A stretch of 64,000 bases of DNA from Phycisphaerae bacterium. GTDB taxonomy: Bacteria; Planctomycetota; Phycisphaerae; SM23-33. A program made the position numbers and the translations under genes. How positions within the stretch are numbered: position 1 is the stretch's first letter; each line of letters opens with the position of its first letter. Below, in pieces: positions 11,171 through 20,326 of this stretch. The notes under the pieces were generated by a model. It was given only the letters and a program-made list of their open reading frames with translations. It was not told the origin of the DNA and made no database searches. The stretch is from positions 10,110 to 74,109 of the forward strand of contig JAGXKT010000007.1 in the NCBI GenBank assembly GCA_018335035.1, in the 5' to 3' direction.

Positions 11171-11333
11171 TACCAAAACCCCCGCCGATTCAGCACGATT
11201 CATTGTACTGCCGCCGCAGGGCGTTTTCAAATCGATTCGTTCGGCGCCGGGGGCGCTTGCGGCGCCAGAGTGGGCGTCAAGTGATTGTTTTATGTGGGGA
11301 TACAGCTCGTGTCACGTCACGCTGCCGCAGCCG

Positions 11334-11945
11334 TCACGGCGAGGCCCACAGCGCCTGGATGCCGGTGAAGATCATCTTGACGGCGATCGCGCCGATCAGC
11401 AGCCCGTTGAGCCGCGCCAGCAGGTTCACGTAGCGTCTGAAAACGTGCTCCCGCTTGCGGCGGAGCAGCTCGCGGATCACGTAGAAGGTCGTGACGATGA
11501 CAAAGCAGATCGCCACGGCCGCGAGGATCATCCCCAGCGTCACGAGCCAGTGGTGGTTGCGTCCGATGATGATGGCCTGCGTGATGGTGCCGGCGCCGAT
11601 CATGTAGGGCAACGCGATCGCCGAGGGCAGTTCGTCGAGCGAGCCGCGGAACGCCTCGGCCGCGTGATAGCCGTGCAGGGTGTACTTGTAGGCGATGACC
11701 AGGAAGATCAGCCCGCCGAATGCCCGCAGGGCGGGCATGCTGACGCCGAAGCCGTGACGCAGGATCGGCTCGCCGCCCAGCGCGCAGAGCCAGAACGCCG
11801 CCAGCGACATGACCGACGCGCGGGCCAGGACGCGGAAGAACTGCCGCCGCTCCAAGTCGTCCATCACGCCCAGAAGATACAACGACAGCGCGAAGGGGTT
11901 CAGGATGGCCGTGAAGGCGAGAATCGATTCCAGGTAGCCGTTCAT
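11334..11945 (-). CDS. MarC family (UPF0056) integral membrane protein
   Basis: 203 aa with six hydrophobic segments. The N-terminus ILAFTAILNPFALSLYL.. is characteristic of MarC/NAAT proteins. Confidence 0.8.
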   Translation of the reverse strand: MNGYLESILAFTAILNPFALSLYLLGVMDDLERRQFFRVLARASVMSLAAFWLCALGGEPILRHGFGVSMPALRAFGGLIFLVIAYKYTLHGYHAAEAFRGSLDELPSAIALPYMIGAGTITQAIIIGRNHHWLVTLGMILAAVAICFVIVTTFYVIRELLRRKREHVFRRYVNLLARLNGLLIGAIAVKMIFTGIQALWASP

Positions 11946-11973
11946 CGCGGGCTCCCGGGGCGCTCGGTCGAGC

Positions 11974-12804
11974 TCAGAGCCGCTTGGACCAGACGTTCAT
12001 ACTCTCATATCGGCCGGCGATGTGCGTGTTGTTCACCAATCGTCCGCCGTATTCATAATTCATTCGTGCGAAGGTGACGTTCATTCCGAACGACACCGCC
12101 CGCGCGATTGTATACGCCGTCGCCAGCCCGCGAGCGCGCATTTTGTCCTCCATGAACGATAAAATTTGCGCTGCCAGCCCGCCGCCTCGATCCCCTGGTT
12201 GCGTGGCGAAATCCGTCATTTCCACGTTGCCCGCCTCGGTGTTCATCTCGGCCGAGCCCAGCGCCGCCAGCCGCCTGCCGCGCCAGACGCCGAAATACGC
12301 CACGTGCGACGCCATCGTCTCGGCCAGATAGGCCGGATCGTCGATGGGGAAGGGGTAGCTGTCGAACACGTCGGCATACAGCGCGGCCATGTCGGCGATG
12401 TCGTCGGGCCCGCAGAGGCGGAGCGTGACGCCGGCCGGCAGGACGCCCGCACCGGCGCCGCGCTTGGCGCGGGCGGCGGCAAGGACCGCCTCGTGGCGGT
12501 CGGGGTCGGTCTCGTCGCGGCGGACGAGGTCGACGAAGCGGCTGACGAACAACCCGTCTTCGCGCCCGTTGAAGAGCCCGGCCGCGCGGGCCTCGACTTC
12601 GTACCCGGCGGCCTCGAAGGCCTCGCCTGCCGAGGCGGGCACCTTGGCGAAGATCTTGGAGTAGCCCCGCTCGCCGGCCAGGTCGTCCAACTGCGCGAGG
12701 ATTGCGGGCAGATCGCGCGGATCGAGCTTCATCACGTAGATGCGGTCGTTCTGCGGGCCGTGCTGGATGAGCGACCCGCCCAGTGTGGTGACCACGTCGG
12801 GCAT
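11974..12804 (-). CDS. ablB: Beta-lysine N6-acetyltransferase-like GNAT (AblB/YodP family)
   Basis: 276 aa. Shows LGGSLIQHGPQNDRIYVMKL.., YSKIFAKVP, and the C-terminal GNAT VEMTDFATQPGDRGGGLA..AYTIARAVSFGMNVTFARMNY..NNTHIAGRYESMNVWSK. It sits in the same tight cluster as the lysine 2,3-aminomutase. Confidence 0.75.
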   Translation of the reverse strand: MPDVVTTLGGSLIQHGPQNDRIYVMKLDPRDLPAILAQLDDLAGERGYSKIFAKVPASAGEAFEAAGYEVEARAAGLFNGREDGLFVSRFVDLVRRDETDPDRHEAVLAAARAKRGAGAGVLPAGVTLRLCGPDDIADMAALYADVFDSYPFPIDDPAYLAETMASHVAYFGVWRGRRLAALGSAEMNTEAGNVEMTDFATQPGDRGGGLAAQILSFMEDKMRARGLATAYTIARAVSFGMNVTFARMNYEYGGRLVNNTHIAGRYESMNVWSKRL

Positions 12805-12806
12805 CG

Positions 12807-13514
12807 CTATCCGTCCACCTCGACCAGGCGCCCCGAGCGGACGTGCTGGATGATCGTGTCGATGGTGCCGGTATCGAGCACCTGCCCGTCGGAGAGGTAG
12901 ACGCCCTGGTGGGCGGCCTTGTCGGCGAAGAGCACGTCGTGGGTGACGATGATGAAGTTCGTCTGATCGGACAGCTCGCGCAGCCAGGCGGCGAACTCGT
13001 CTGTCGTGTTGGCGTCCAGGGCGCTGGTCGGCTCGTCGAGCAGCATGTACTCCGGCTGGAGCATCAGCCCGCGGGCGATGGCGGCACGCTGCCCCTGCCC
13101 GCCGGAAATCTGCGACGGGTAGCTGTCGGCGATCTCGCCGATGCCCAGGCGGTCCAGCATCGCCCGGGCGTCGTCTTCCGTGCCGACTTTGTCGGCGCCG
13201 AGGACCTTGACCGGCGCCAGCGTCATGTTCTCCAACACCGTCATGTGCGGAAACAGGTAGAGGTTTTGGAAGACGATCCCCAGCGCCCGGCGATACTCCG
13301 GCTCGGGAATCTCGTAGATGTCGCGGTTGTCGAGGGTGATCCGACCGGCGTCGGGGCGGAGGAACTGCCCCAGCAGCATCAGCAGCGTCGTCTTGCCGGA
13401 GCCGCTCTCGCCCAGCACGGCCGAGATCGTCCCCCGCGGGAACGCCACGCTGACGTCCCGCAGGGCCTCGGTGCCCGTGTGGTAGGCGTATTGGACGTTC
13501 TCGACCTTAATCAT
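12807..13514 (-). CDS. Polar amino-acid ABC transporter ATP-binding protein (GlnQ/HisP-like)
   Basis: 235 aa. Walker A GESGSGKTT, signature SGGQGQRAAIARGL, Walker B LLDEPTSALD. Only a 2-nt gap separates it from the ablB start. Confidence 0.92.
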   Translation of the reverse strand: MIKVENVQYAYHTGTEALRDVSVAFPRGTISAVLGESGSGKTTLLMLLGQFLRPDAGRITLDNRDIYEIPEPEYRRALGIVFQNLYLFPHMTVLENMTLAPVKVLGADKVGTEDDARAMLDRLGIGEIADSYPSQISGGQGQRAAIARGLMLQPEYMLLDEPTSALDANTTDEFAAWLRELSDQTNFIIVTHDVLFADKAAHQGVYLSDGQVLDTGTIDTIIQHVRSGRLVEVDG

Positions 13515-14430
13515 GAGCGTAGCCCTTCTGGCGGATGCGTTCTTCCAGCCGACCGGCCAGCTTCATCAACGGGAAGGTGACCACGAAGAACATCAGCGCC
13601 ACGATGAAGTAGTACTTCATGGGCTCGTAGGTGATGCTGACCAGCGATTTTGCCGTATGGACCACCTCGACAACCGAGATGATCGAGATCAGCGCGGTGT
13701 CCTTGATCAGCGCGACGACGGAATTCATCAACGGCGGGATGGCGATGCGGAACGCCTGCGGCCAGACGATCCGTCGGAACACGTCCCATCGCGACAAACC
13801 CAGCGCTCGCCCGGCGAGCATCTGCCCGCGGTCGACGCTCATCAGCCCGCTGCGGACCACTTCGGCCATGTAGGCCATCGCGTTGATCGACAGCGTCGCA
13901 ATCGCCGAGGTGATCGGCGCGAGGTGCAGCCCGATGACGGGCGACCCGAAGTAAACGAAGTAAAGCTGTACGAGCACCGGTGTACCACGGATGAAGTCCA
14001 CAAAGCTGCGGGTGATGTAGTAGGCGATCCCGCGGTTTCGGTTGAGCACCACCCCGACCGGGACGGACAGAAAAAAGCCGATGGTCAGCGACGCCGCGGC
14101 GACCAGCAGCGTGATGGCGAAGCCCTTGCCGAGTTTACGGGCGACAACGGCCGGCGAAATGCCACCGTCGCCGTTGCCGACCGATTCACGGGCAACGGCC
14201 CCGTCGGCCGGCTGGGTTGCGGCCCCATTCGGTTGCGTTGTGGCACGCGTAGCGGGCCGCGTGGCGCCGGGCGGCGCGCCTTGCGGCGGTCCGCCGTCGG
14301 CGCCGACCGGTTGGGTGGTCAGCACGGCGGCAGCCAGCGCAACGCCCGCTGCGACGGTGGCGAGCCAGCCGCACGTCCGCCACAGCCGGCGTCGCGATGA
14401 GGGCGGCGATGCGTGGTTCTCCGAGGCCAT
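13507..14430 (-). CDS. Polar amino-acid ABC transporter permease (HisM/GlnP-like) with a low-complexity N-terminal extension of about 90 aa
   Basis: Track ORF 13507..14442 starts at TTG; the first ATG is at 14430 (MASENH..). Core motifs FIRGTPVLVQLYFVYFG and the EAA-like loop AGRALGLSRWDVFRRIVWPQA are present. Overlaps the ATPase start by 8 nt. Confidence 0.88.
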   Translation of the reverse strand: MASENHASPPSSRRRLWRTCGWLATVAAGVALAAAVLTTQPVGADGGPPQGAPPGATRPATRATTQPNGAATQPADGAVARESVGNGDGGISPAVVARKLGKGFAITLLVAAASLTIGFFLSVPVGVVLNRNRGIAYYITRSFVDFIRGTPVLVQLYFVYFGSPVIGLHLAPITSAIATLSINAMAYMAEVVRSGLMSVDRGQMLAGRALGLSRWDVFRRIVWPQAFRIAIPPLMNSVVALIKDTALISIISVVEVVHTAKSLVSITYEPMKYYFIVALMFFVVTFPLMKLAGRLEERIRQKGYAHD

Positions 14431-14541
14431 CTCAGGTGGCAAAAAGGGCTCTCCTTGCCGGCGCCTCGCCGGCGATGGGATCGTTCCAGAGCCCTGCCCG
14501 GCGGGGGCGCCACGTCTCGACGGACGAATGGTTCGTCGGCG

Positions 14542-15318
14542 CTAGTCGCTTTCGGTCGGCGGGCGTCCGAACCACTTCTCGTGGATCTCCGCCAGTTCGC
14601 CGCTGTCCTTGACCGCGCGGAGTGCCTCATTGATCTGACGCAACAACTCGCCGCGATCCTTGCGGATGGGGATCGCCATGCGCTCGGTGTACAGCAGCTC
14701 ACCGACGGGGACGAACGGCTCGCCGGCCTGCTCGATCTGGTAACTGCCGACCAGCCGGTCGGTGACGAAGCCCACGATACGCTCGTTGCCGATCTCTTGG
14801 AAGATTTCCGGCGTTCCGCCGTATGTGCGGACGTCGACGTCGGGATGCTTGTCTTCCAGGTGATGATGATACGTCTCGCCGAGAACGACGCCCACCGGCT
14901 TGCCTTCGCAATCCTCGATACCGTCGATCTCGTCGGCGTGGCGCTTGTGGACGAACAACTGCGCCCCGGAGCGGTAGTACGGTTCGGAAAAGTTGACCGC
15001 CTTCTCGCGCTGGGGCGTGATCGCCATCGAGCCGATGATGGCATCGAACTTGCGTGCCTGAAGCCCGGCAAGAATGCCGTCCCACTCGGTGGCAACGAAT
15101 TCAACCTCCCGGCCCATCTGTTTTGCGATGGCGCGGGCCACGTCCACGTCGAAACCGATTAGATTGCCGTCCTCGTCGTACGTGCTGAAGGGCGGATACT
15201 GCCCGGTCAACGCGACGGTCAGCGTCCCGTCGTCGCTGTCCTCGCAGCCGGCCAGAAGTCCTGCCGATAAGAGCGTTGCTAGGGCTGCCGCTATGCAGCA
15301 GATAACATCAAGACGCAT
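14542..15318 (-). CDS. Amino-acid ABC transporter substrate-binding lipoprotein (family 3 SBP)
   Basis: Internal ATG at 15318 gives MRLDVICCIAAALATLLSAGLLAGC (lipobox). Then comes LTVALTGQYPPFSTYDEDGNLIGFDVDVARAIAKQMG.. The track's upstream extension to 15495 overlaps the kamA 3' end and is Arg-rich. Confidence 0.88.
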   Translation of the reverse strand: MRLDVICCIAAALATLLSAGLLAGCEDSDDGTLTVALTGQYPPFSTYDEDGNLIGFDVDVARAIAKQMGREVEFVATEWDGILAGLQARKFDAIIGSMAITPQREKAVNFSEPYYRSGAQLFVHKRHADEIDGIEDCEGKPVGVVLGETYHHHLEDKHPDVDVRTYGGTPEIFQEIGNERIVGFVTDRLVGSYQIEQAGEPFVPVGELLYTERMAIPIRKDRGELLRQINEALRAVKDSGELAEIHEKWFGRPPTESD

Positions 15319-15329
15319 GGGAAGTCCTT

Positions 15330-16649
15330 TCAGTCGCTCTCGCCGTTGCGTCGCCCGAGGCGCTCGGTGCCTTCGGGCACCAGGGCAATGGTCTCGTCGT
15401 AGCTGTCCAGAAGCTTGGTAATGCCGACCGGGTCCTGCTCGGGCGCGTCCTCGGTCTTGAGCGTCAGCGTGCACTCGGCGCAGTTGCGGTCGCAATCAAT
15501 GGCGGGGTAGCTGTCCGGCTCCTGGTAGGCCGTGATGACGCCCTCGTAGTTCCGCAACACCACGCGGTCGGTGGCCCAACTGAGCACGTAGTTGGGCATG
15601 ACGGGGATCTTACCGCCGCCGCCCGGGGCGTCGATGACGTATGTCGGCACGGCGAAACCCGTGGTGTGTCCGATCAGCGACTCGACGATCTCCAGGCCCT
15701 TGCCCACTGGCGTTCGGAAGTGGCTGAGCCCCTCCGACAGGTCGCACTGGTAGAGATAATACGGCCGGACGCGGTTGGCGACGAGCTTGTGGACCAGGCG
15801 CTTCATGATCCGCGGGCAGTCGTTGACCCCGGCCAGCAGGACCGACTGATTGCCCAGCGGAAAACCCGCATCGGCGAGTTTCGCCAGCGCCGCTCGCGAT
15901 GCGGCCGTGATCTCGCGCGGATGGTTGAAGTGCGTGTTGATCCACAAGGGCTGATGCTTTTTGAGCATTGTGACGAGGTCGTCCGTAATGCGATAGGGCA
16001 GCACGACCGGCGTCCGCGTGCCGATGCGGAGGATCTCGACGTGCTCGATGGCGGTCAGTTCGCTGAGAATCCAGTCGAGCTGAGCATCATCCAGCAGGAA
16101 CGGGTCGCCGCCGCTGAGCAGCACGTCCCGCACGGCGGGGGTGTTGCGGATGTACTCGATGCCCGCGGCGATCTGCTCGCGGTCGGGGATCGAGTCCACG
16201 TCGCCGACCTTCCGCTTGCGGGTGCAGTGGCGGCAGTACATCGAGCAGACGTTGGAGACGTGGAACAGCACGCGGTCCGGGTAGCGGTGCGTCAGCCCCG
16301 GCGCCGGCGCGTCGGCGTCTTCATGCAGTGGATCGGCCATGTCCGCTCGCGAGACGTTCAGCTCGGCCGGGGAGGGGAACGCCTGCTTGTAGACCGGGTC
16401 ATTGCGGAAGTCGCTCCGGTCGATCAACGACAGGTAGTACGGCGTGATCGACAGGGGGAACTTCTCGATCGTCTTCTCCAGCGTCTGGCGCTCCTCGTCG
16501 CCGAATTGGATGCCCAAGAGTTTTTCGAACGTGTCGATGTCGCGAATGCGATGCCGGGCCTGCCAGCGCCAGTCCCGCCAGTGCGAGATCAACGTGTCCG
16601 GACTGATCCGTTCAGCGATTTGCTGCTGTATTTCTGTGAATTTTGGCAT
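15330..16649 (-). CDS. kamA: Lysine 2,3-aminomutase (radical SAM, KamA/AblA)
   Basis: 439 aa. Radical-SAM [12 protein letters not shown] and the conserved stretches [28 protein letters not shown] and PYYLYQCD. Confidence 0.93.
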   Translation of the reverse strand: MPKFTEIQQQIAERISPDTLISHWRDWRWQARHRIRDIDTFEKLLGIQFGDEERQTLEKTIEKFPLSITPYYLSLIDRSDFRNDPVYKQAFPSPAELNVSRADMADPLHEDADAPAPGLTHRYPDRVLFHVSNVCSMYCRHCTRKRKVGDVDSIPDREQIAAGIEYIRNTPAVRDVLLSGGDPFLLDDAQLDWILSELTAIEHVEILRIGTRTPVVLPYRITDDLVTMLKKHQPLWINTHFNHPREITAASRAALAKLADAGFPLGNQSVLLAGVNDCPRIMKRLVHKLVANRVRPYYLYQCDLSEGLSHFRTPVGKGLEIVESLIGHTTGFAVPTYVIDAPGGGGKIPVMPNYVLSWATDRVVLRNYEGVITAYQEPDSYPAIDCDRNCAECTLTLKTEDAPEQDPVGITKLLDSYDETIALVPEGTERLGRRNGESD

Positions 16650-16879
16650 TGTTTGTGCCTTTTATTTATTGACGCCTTGCTGACGCTAACGCGTGTTCTC
16701 GAACAGGGCTATGAGGCACAAGGCGAACCCCCGCCAGTGAAACGGCCGCCTCGATCGGCGATCAAACCATACCATACCGGCACCGCTCTTTCAAGTGCCT
16801 ACGGGAGGGGCATTTTCGACAGACCGCTGCCGAAGCGCCACCCCCGCGAGGAATTTTACTCCCCGCCAGCGGGATTTGC

Positions 16880-16907
16880 TTGACGGAACATCCAAAGGAT
16901 GGATAAT
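16880..16907 (+). promoter_or_regulatory. Candidate sigma70-type promoter (TTGACG-N16-GATAAT) for the PEP-CTERM gene
   Basis: TTGACG at 16880-16885 and GATAAT at 16902-16907, both frame-checked against track ORF 16795..17067. The leader of about 150 nt contains a perfect 8-bp hairpin (17012-17019 / 17025-17032) and an AGGAG Shine-Dalgarno sequence before ATG 17064. Confidence 0.35.
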
Positions 16908-17063
16908 GAGCCGCGTTGGAGGAGAGGCCCGTGAGCGGACGGCACTTGTCCGATGTGGGAGGGGCAGATCGCGGGGTTGCATGCTCATGCTCGTTGGAAT
17001 GGAATCTGTATGTGCCGGCACGGGGCCGGCACGGACGCGAAACGCGAGCACGAGGAGCGGGAC

Positions 17064-17780
17064 ATGAAACGGAGCACCTATTGGATGGCAGGGGTAGCGG
17101 TCGTAGGGCTGTTGGCCGGACCGGCGGCGTTCGCTGATACGTACACCGGGATTCAAAACGGAGACTTCAGCAGCACGGACCTGTCGGAATATTGGGATGT
17201 CCAGGTGCAGCCGGGCAAGGGGGAGAACGACAGCGCCTCAGCGACCGTGACGGACGCGGAACTGCACCTTAGCGCCACGACCGTGTTCACATGGAGCGGG
17301 ACGGTTTGGCAGGCTGGCGGCTACAGCGTGGCTGCGGTGGGCCAACCGATCGAGGAGACGCATGTCATGTGCGCCCCGGCCGGAACGGACGCCCTGACAT
17401 TTGTGACCGACACGATCGAGGTCATCAAGACTGATGGCTGGAACGAGTACGCGGCGGTCGGCGTGGCGGTGGACTACACGAAGAACGACGGAAGCGGCGA
17501 GGAGTCGGCTCGCGTGGAGGCGACATGGTCCACGACGGACACGGAACGTACTACGCGGACGCTTGCGATGCCGCATCTGGTTGTGAGCGAGCCGGTCACA
17601 GTCTCTGCCTGGGCGCAGGCGGATGTCGCGACTGACCCCAGCGGCGGCGAGAATATAGGCGATACGCGGACGATCGGCGTGACGGGCGAGTTGGACGATT
17701 TCGCTTTCATTCCCGAGCCGGCGTCGATGACGTTGCTGGCTCTGGGGGGCGTGGGACTTCTGCGACGCCGCCGGCGGTAG
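17064..17780 (+). CDS. Secreted PEP-CTERM sorting-domain protein
   Basis: Internal ATG gives the signal peptide MKRSTYWMAGVAVVGLLAGPAAFA. The C-terminus is FIPEPASMTLLALGGVGLLRRRRR (PEP motif, TM helix and Arg cluster). Confidence 0.85.
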   Translation: MKRSTYWMAGVAVVGLLAGPAAFADTYTGIQNGDFSSTDLSEYWDVQVQPGKGENDSASATVTDAELHLSATTVFTWSGTVWQAGGYSVAAVGQPIEETHVMCAPAGTDALTFVTDTIEVIKTDGWNEYAAVGVAVDYTKNDGSGEESARVEATWSTTDTERTTRTLAMPHLVVSEPVTVSAWAQADVATDPSGGENIGDTRTIGVTGELDDFAFIPEPASMTLLALGGVGLLRRRRR

Positions 17781-17856
17781 GGCGACGCACGCTTTGACAG
17801 CACAGGTCGCACCGCGTGGACAGTGCGACGCACGTTGGGATCAAGCCCTCGGATTT

Positions 17857-18990
17857 CTATCCGGGGGCTTTCTCATGCGCCCGCCGGCGTGCGGCCACGG
17901 CAGTCGCCAGGGCGTCGCGCCCGTTGCGTTCGGTGATGCGGCGTTGGTGCGACGCGTCGCGGATACAGGCGACCTGATCGGCCAGGAGGGCTCGAAGCGA
18001 TTGGGCGTACACGGCGGCCTTGTCGGCGTTCGGCTCGTACGTCAGCCGCAGGCGCTGCGTGACGTGACGCGGCATGCCCCGGCCCCTGTGCACCGCCTGC
18101 CGATCGTAGCGATCGACGGCCTCCTCAGCGGTCCACGGGCAACATGCCCGCAGCCGCTCGGCGCCGGCGTCGTCGACGGCCGCGTCCACCGTCAGGCGCA
18201 ACGGCACCCAACCGGCGACGCGCACGTCGCCCATCTCGCAGACGATGCGATGCTCCGCGCGGTCCATCGGCTCGATCTGGTCGAAGCCGTGGTAGTGGCT
18301 GACGAGCACGGGCGGGGCGTCCGGCGGCGCATGGCGGACGGTGCAGGCGACGCGGTCGACGAGGCCGCCGTCGCGCGCCAGCGTGTGGGCGCCGATGACC
18401 TCGCCCGCACCGAGCCACGTCGCGTACATGTCGAAGAAATGCACGCCGTGCTCCACGAAGATGCCGCCGGAGACCGCCTCGTCCCAGAACCAGTGCCCCG
18501 GCGGCATGTAGGTATCGAAGGCGCAGTTGGTCAGCCGCCCGGCCAGCGGGGCCCCGAGCGGTCCGGCGTCCAGCACGCGTGCGACGGCCTCGGTGACCGG
18601 GTTATGTCGCAGGACGAAGTTGACCGGACAGAGGCGCCCGGCGCGGTCGGCCGCGGCGAGGATTGCGTCGGCGTCGGCGATGGTCACCGCCAGGGGCTTC
18701 TCGCACAGGACGTGCTTGCCGGCCGTCAGCGCGGCGATCGCCAGACCCCGGTGTGCCGCCGGCGGTGCGGCGATGTGGACGATGTCGACATCGTCGCGGG
18801 CCAGCAGGGCCTTGTCGCTCTCGGCCGCGACGACGTCGAACGCCTCACCCAGGGCACGCGCCGCGTCCGGGCGGATGTCCGCGACGGCGGCGATCCGCAC
18901 CTGATCCATCGTTGCAAACGTCTCCAGGCAGAAGCGCCCGAAGGCGCCGCACCCGAGCAGTCCAAGTCCCAGCGGCTCGTTCGAACTCAT
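17857..18990 (-). CDS. Gfo/Idh/MocA family oxidoreductase (paralog 1)
   Basis: Internal ATG gives MSSNEPLGLGLLGCGAFGRFCL (Rossmann GxGxxG). EKP motif (LCEKPLA). Closely similar to the adjacent gene. Confidence 0.85.
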   Translation of the reverse strand: MSSNEPLGLGLLGCGAFGRFCLETFATMDQVRIAAVADIRPDAARALGEAFDVVAAESDKALLARDDVDIVHIAAPPAAHRGLAIAALTAGKHVLCEKPLAVTIADADAILAAADRAGRLCPVNFVLRHNPVTEAVARVLDAGPLGAPLAGRLTNCAFDTYMPPGHWFWDEAVSGGIFVEHGVHFFDMYATWLGAGEVIGAHTLARDGGLVDRVACTVRHAPPDAPPVLVSHYHGFDQIEPMDRAEHRIVCEMGDVRVAGWVPLRLTVDAAVDDAGAERLRACCPWTAEEAVDRYDRQAVHRGRGMPRHVTQRLRLTYEPNADKAAVYAQSLRALLADQVACIRDASHQRRITERNGRDALATAVAARRRAHEKAPG

Positions 18991-19086
18991 GCGGTGGTGT
19001 CCTCTTGCCGAAACGCTCGTCACTCCGCGGCGCCTGCCACGCCGAACAGCAGTATAGGGCACCACGCGGAGCACGCCCACGGCTTG

Positions 19087-20226
19087 CTATGCGCCGGCCG
19101 CCTCCCGTGCGGCGACGGCACACGCCATCGCCGCCGGGCCGTTGTGCTCCGTGACCGTGCGCTCGTGCGAGGAGCCGCGCGCCCAGGCGAGTTGGTCTCG
19201 CAGCAGCGCCCGCAGGGCCTCGGCGTAGAGGGCTTCCTTCGCGTCGGACGGTGCCCAGTGCAGGCGGATGCGTCGCGTCACGTGCCGCATCACGCCGCGG
19301 CCGCGGATGTCGAGCCCGCCGGCGTGCGCTGCAAGCCCAGGCGCGCCGTCAACGGTTTCGATCGTCGCGTCGGGGCATGCGGCCGCCAGTGTCTCGGCAC
19401 CGGCGTCGTCCACGGCCGCGTCGACCGTCACCGCCGCCGGTAGCCAGCCGGCGACGCGCACGTCGCCCATCTCGCAGACGATGCGATGCTCCGTGCGGTC
19501 CATCGGTCCGATCTGGTCGAAGCCGTGATAGTGCTCGACCAGGACGGGCGGGGCCTCGGGCGGCGCGTGGCGGACGGTGCAGGCGACGCGGTCGGCGAGC
19601 TCGCCGTTCCGTGTCAGTTCGTGGGCTTCGACGATCTCGCCCGGTCCCAGCCAGGCGGCGTACAGGTCGAAGAAGTGCACGCCATGCTCGATGAAGATGC
19701 CGCCCGAGGCGTCGGGGTTCCAGAACCAGTGGTCCGCCCCGAGTCCGCTGTCGGAGCCGAGGTTCGTCACGCGCGCCGCCAGGGGCGCGCCGAGCGGTCC
19801 GGCCGCCAGGAGGCGCCGCACGGCTTCCGTCACGGGACTGTATCGCAGCACGAAGTTGACCGCACAGAATCGCTGCGCCTTCGCGGCGGCGTCGACGAGT
19901 TCCTCGGCTTGCTCGATCGTCAGGGCGGGGGGCTTCTCCAGCAGGACGTGCTTTCCGGCGCGCAACGCCGCCAGCGCCAGATCGTGATGACGATCCGGGG
20001 GCGTAGCGACGTGGACGACGTGCACCTCGGCCCGGTCGATGACGGCCTGGTAGTCGTCGTGCACGGCCAGGCCCATCTCGTCGCAGAGTTGTCGGGCCGC
20101 GTCGCTTCGCGCGCGGGCGGCGGCGACAGGGCGGACGCCGTCCAGGCGTGTATATGCCCGCAGGCAGAACCGCCCGAATGCGCCGGCTCCCAGAAGCCCC
20201 AGCCCGAATGGCTTGTCGTCGGTCAT
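19087..20226 (-). CDS. Gfo/Idh/MocA family oxidoreductase (paralog 2)
   Basis: 379 aa. Shows FGLGLLGAGAFGRFCL and LLEKPPA. Long identical runs are shared with paralog 1 (RHAPP.APPVLV.HYHGFDQI.PMDR.EHRIVCEMGDVRVAGW). Confidence 0.85.
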   Translation of the reverse strand: MTDDKPFGLGLLGAGAFGRFCLRAYTRLDGVRPVAAARARSDAARQLCDEMGLAVHDDYQAVIDRAEVHVVHVATPPDRHHDLALAALRAGKHVLLEKPPALTIEQAEELVDAAAKAQRFCAVNFVLRYSPVTEAVRRLLAAGPLGAPLAARVTNLGSDSGLGADHWFWNPDASGGIFIEHGVHFFDLYAAWLGPGEIVEAHELTRNGELADRVACTVRHAPPEAPPVLVEHYHGFDQIGPMDRTEHRIVCEMGDVRVAGWLPAAVTVDAAVDDAGAETLAAACPDATIETVDGAPGLAAHAGGLDIRGRGVMRHVTRRIRLHWAPSDAKEALYAEALRALLRDQLAWARGSSHERTVTEHNGPAAMACAVAAREAAGA

Positions 20227-20326
20227 CGACAGATTCCGTCACCTGGAAGGAAGCGGGCCGCAGATTGCATCCCCATACGGATGCCCGTTCGGGTGTGAAC
20301 CCTGCGGCGCGGCGTATGCGGGGCGG

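Noticed and set aside
10416-12077. 553-aa plus-strand ORF spanning three minus-strand genes
   Set aside because: It crosses the boundaries of the citrate-synthase-like, marC and ablB genes and an intergenic terminator. It has no domain signature.
14431-15495. N-terminal extensions of the track ORFs for the permease (to 14442) and the SBP (to 15495)
   Set aside because: The SBP extension overlaps the kamA coding end and is Arg-rich, while the internal ATG yields a canonical lipoprotein signal. The permease track start is TTG, four codons upstream of an ATG.
16650-16800. Lysine (L-box) riboswitch upstream of kamA
   Set aside because: The leader has a possible CGCCTTG..CAAGGCG stem. I could not recognise L-box conserved cores, and the usable length before the divergent promoter region seems short. 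I left it uncalled.
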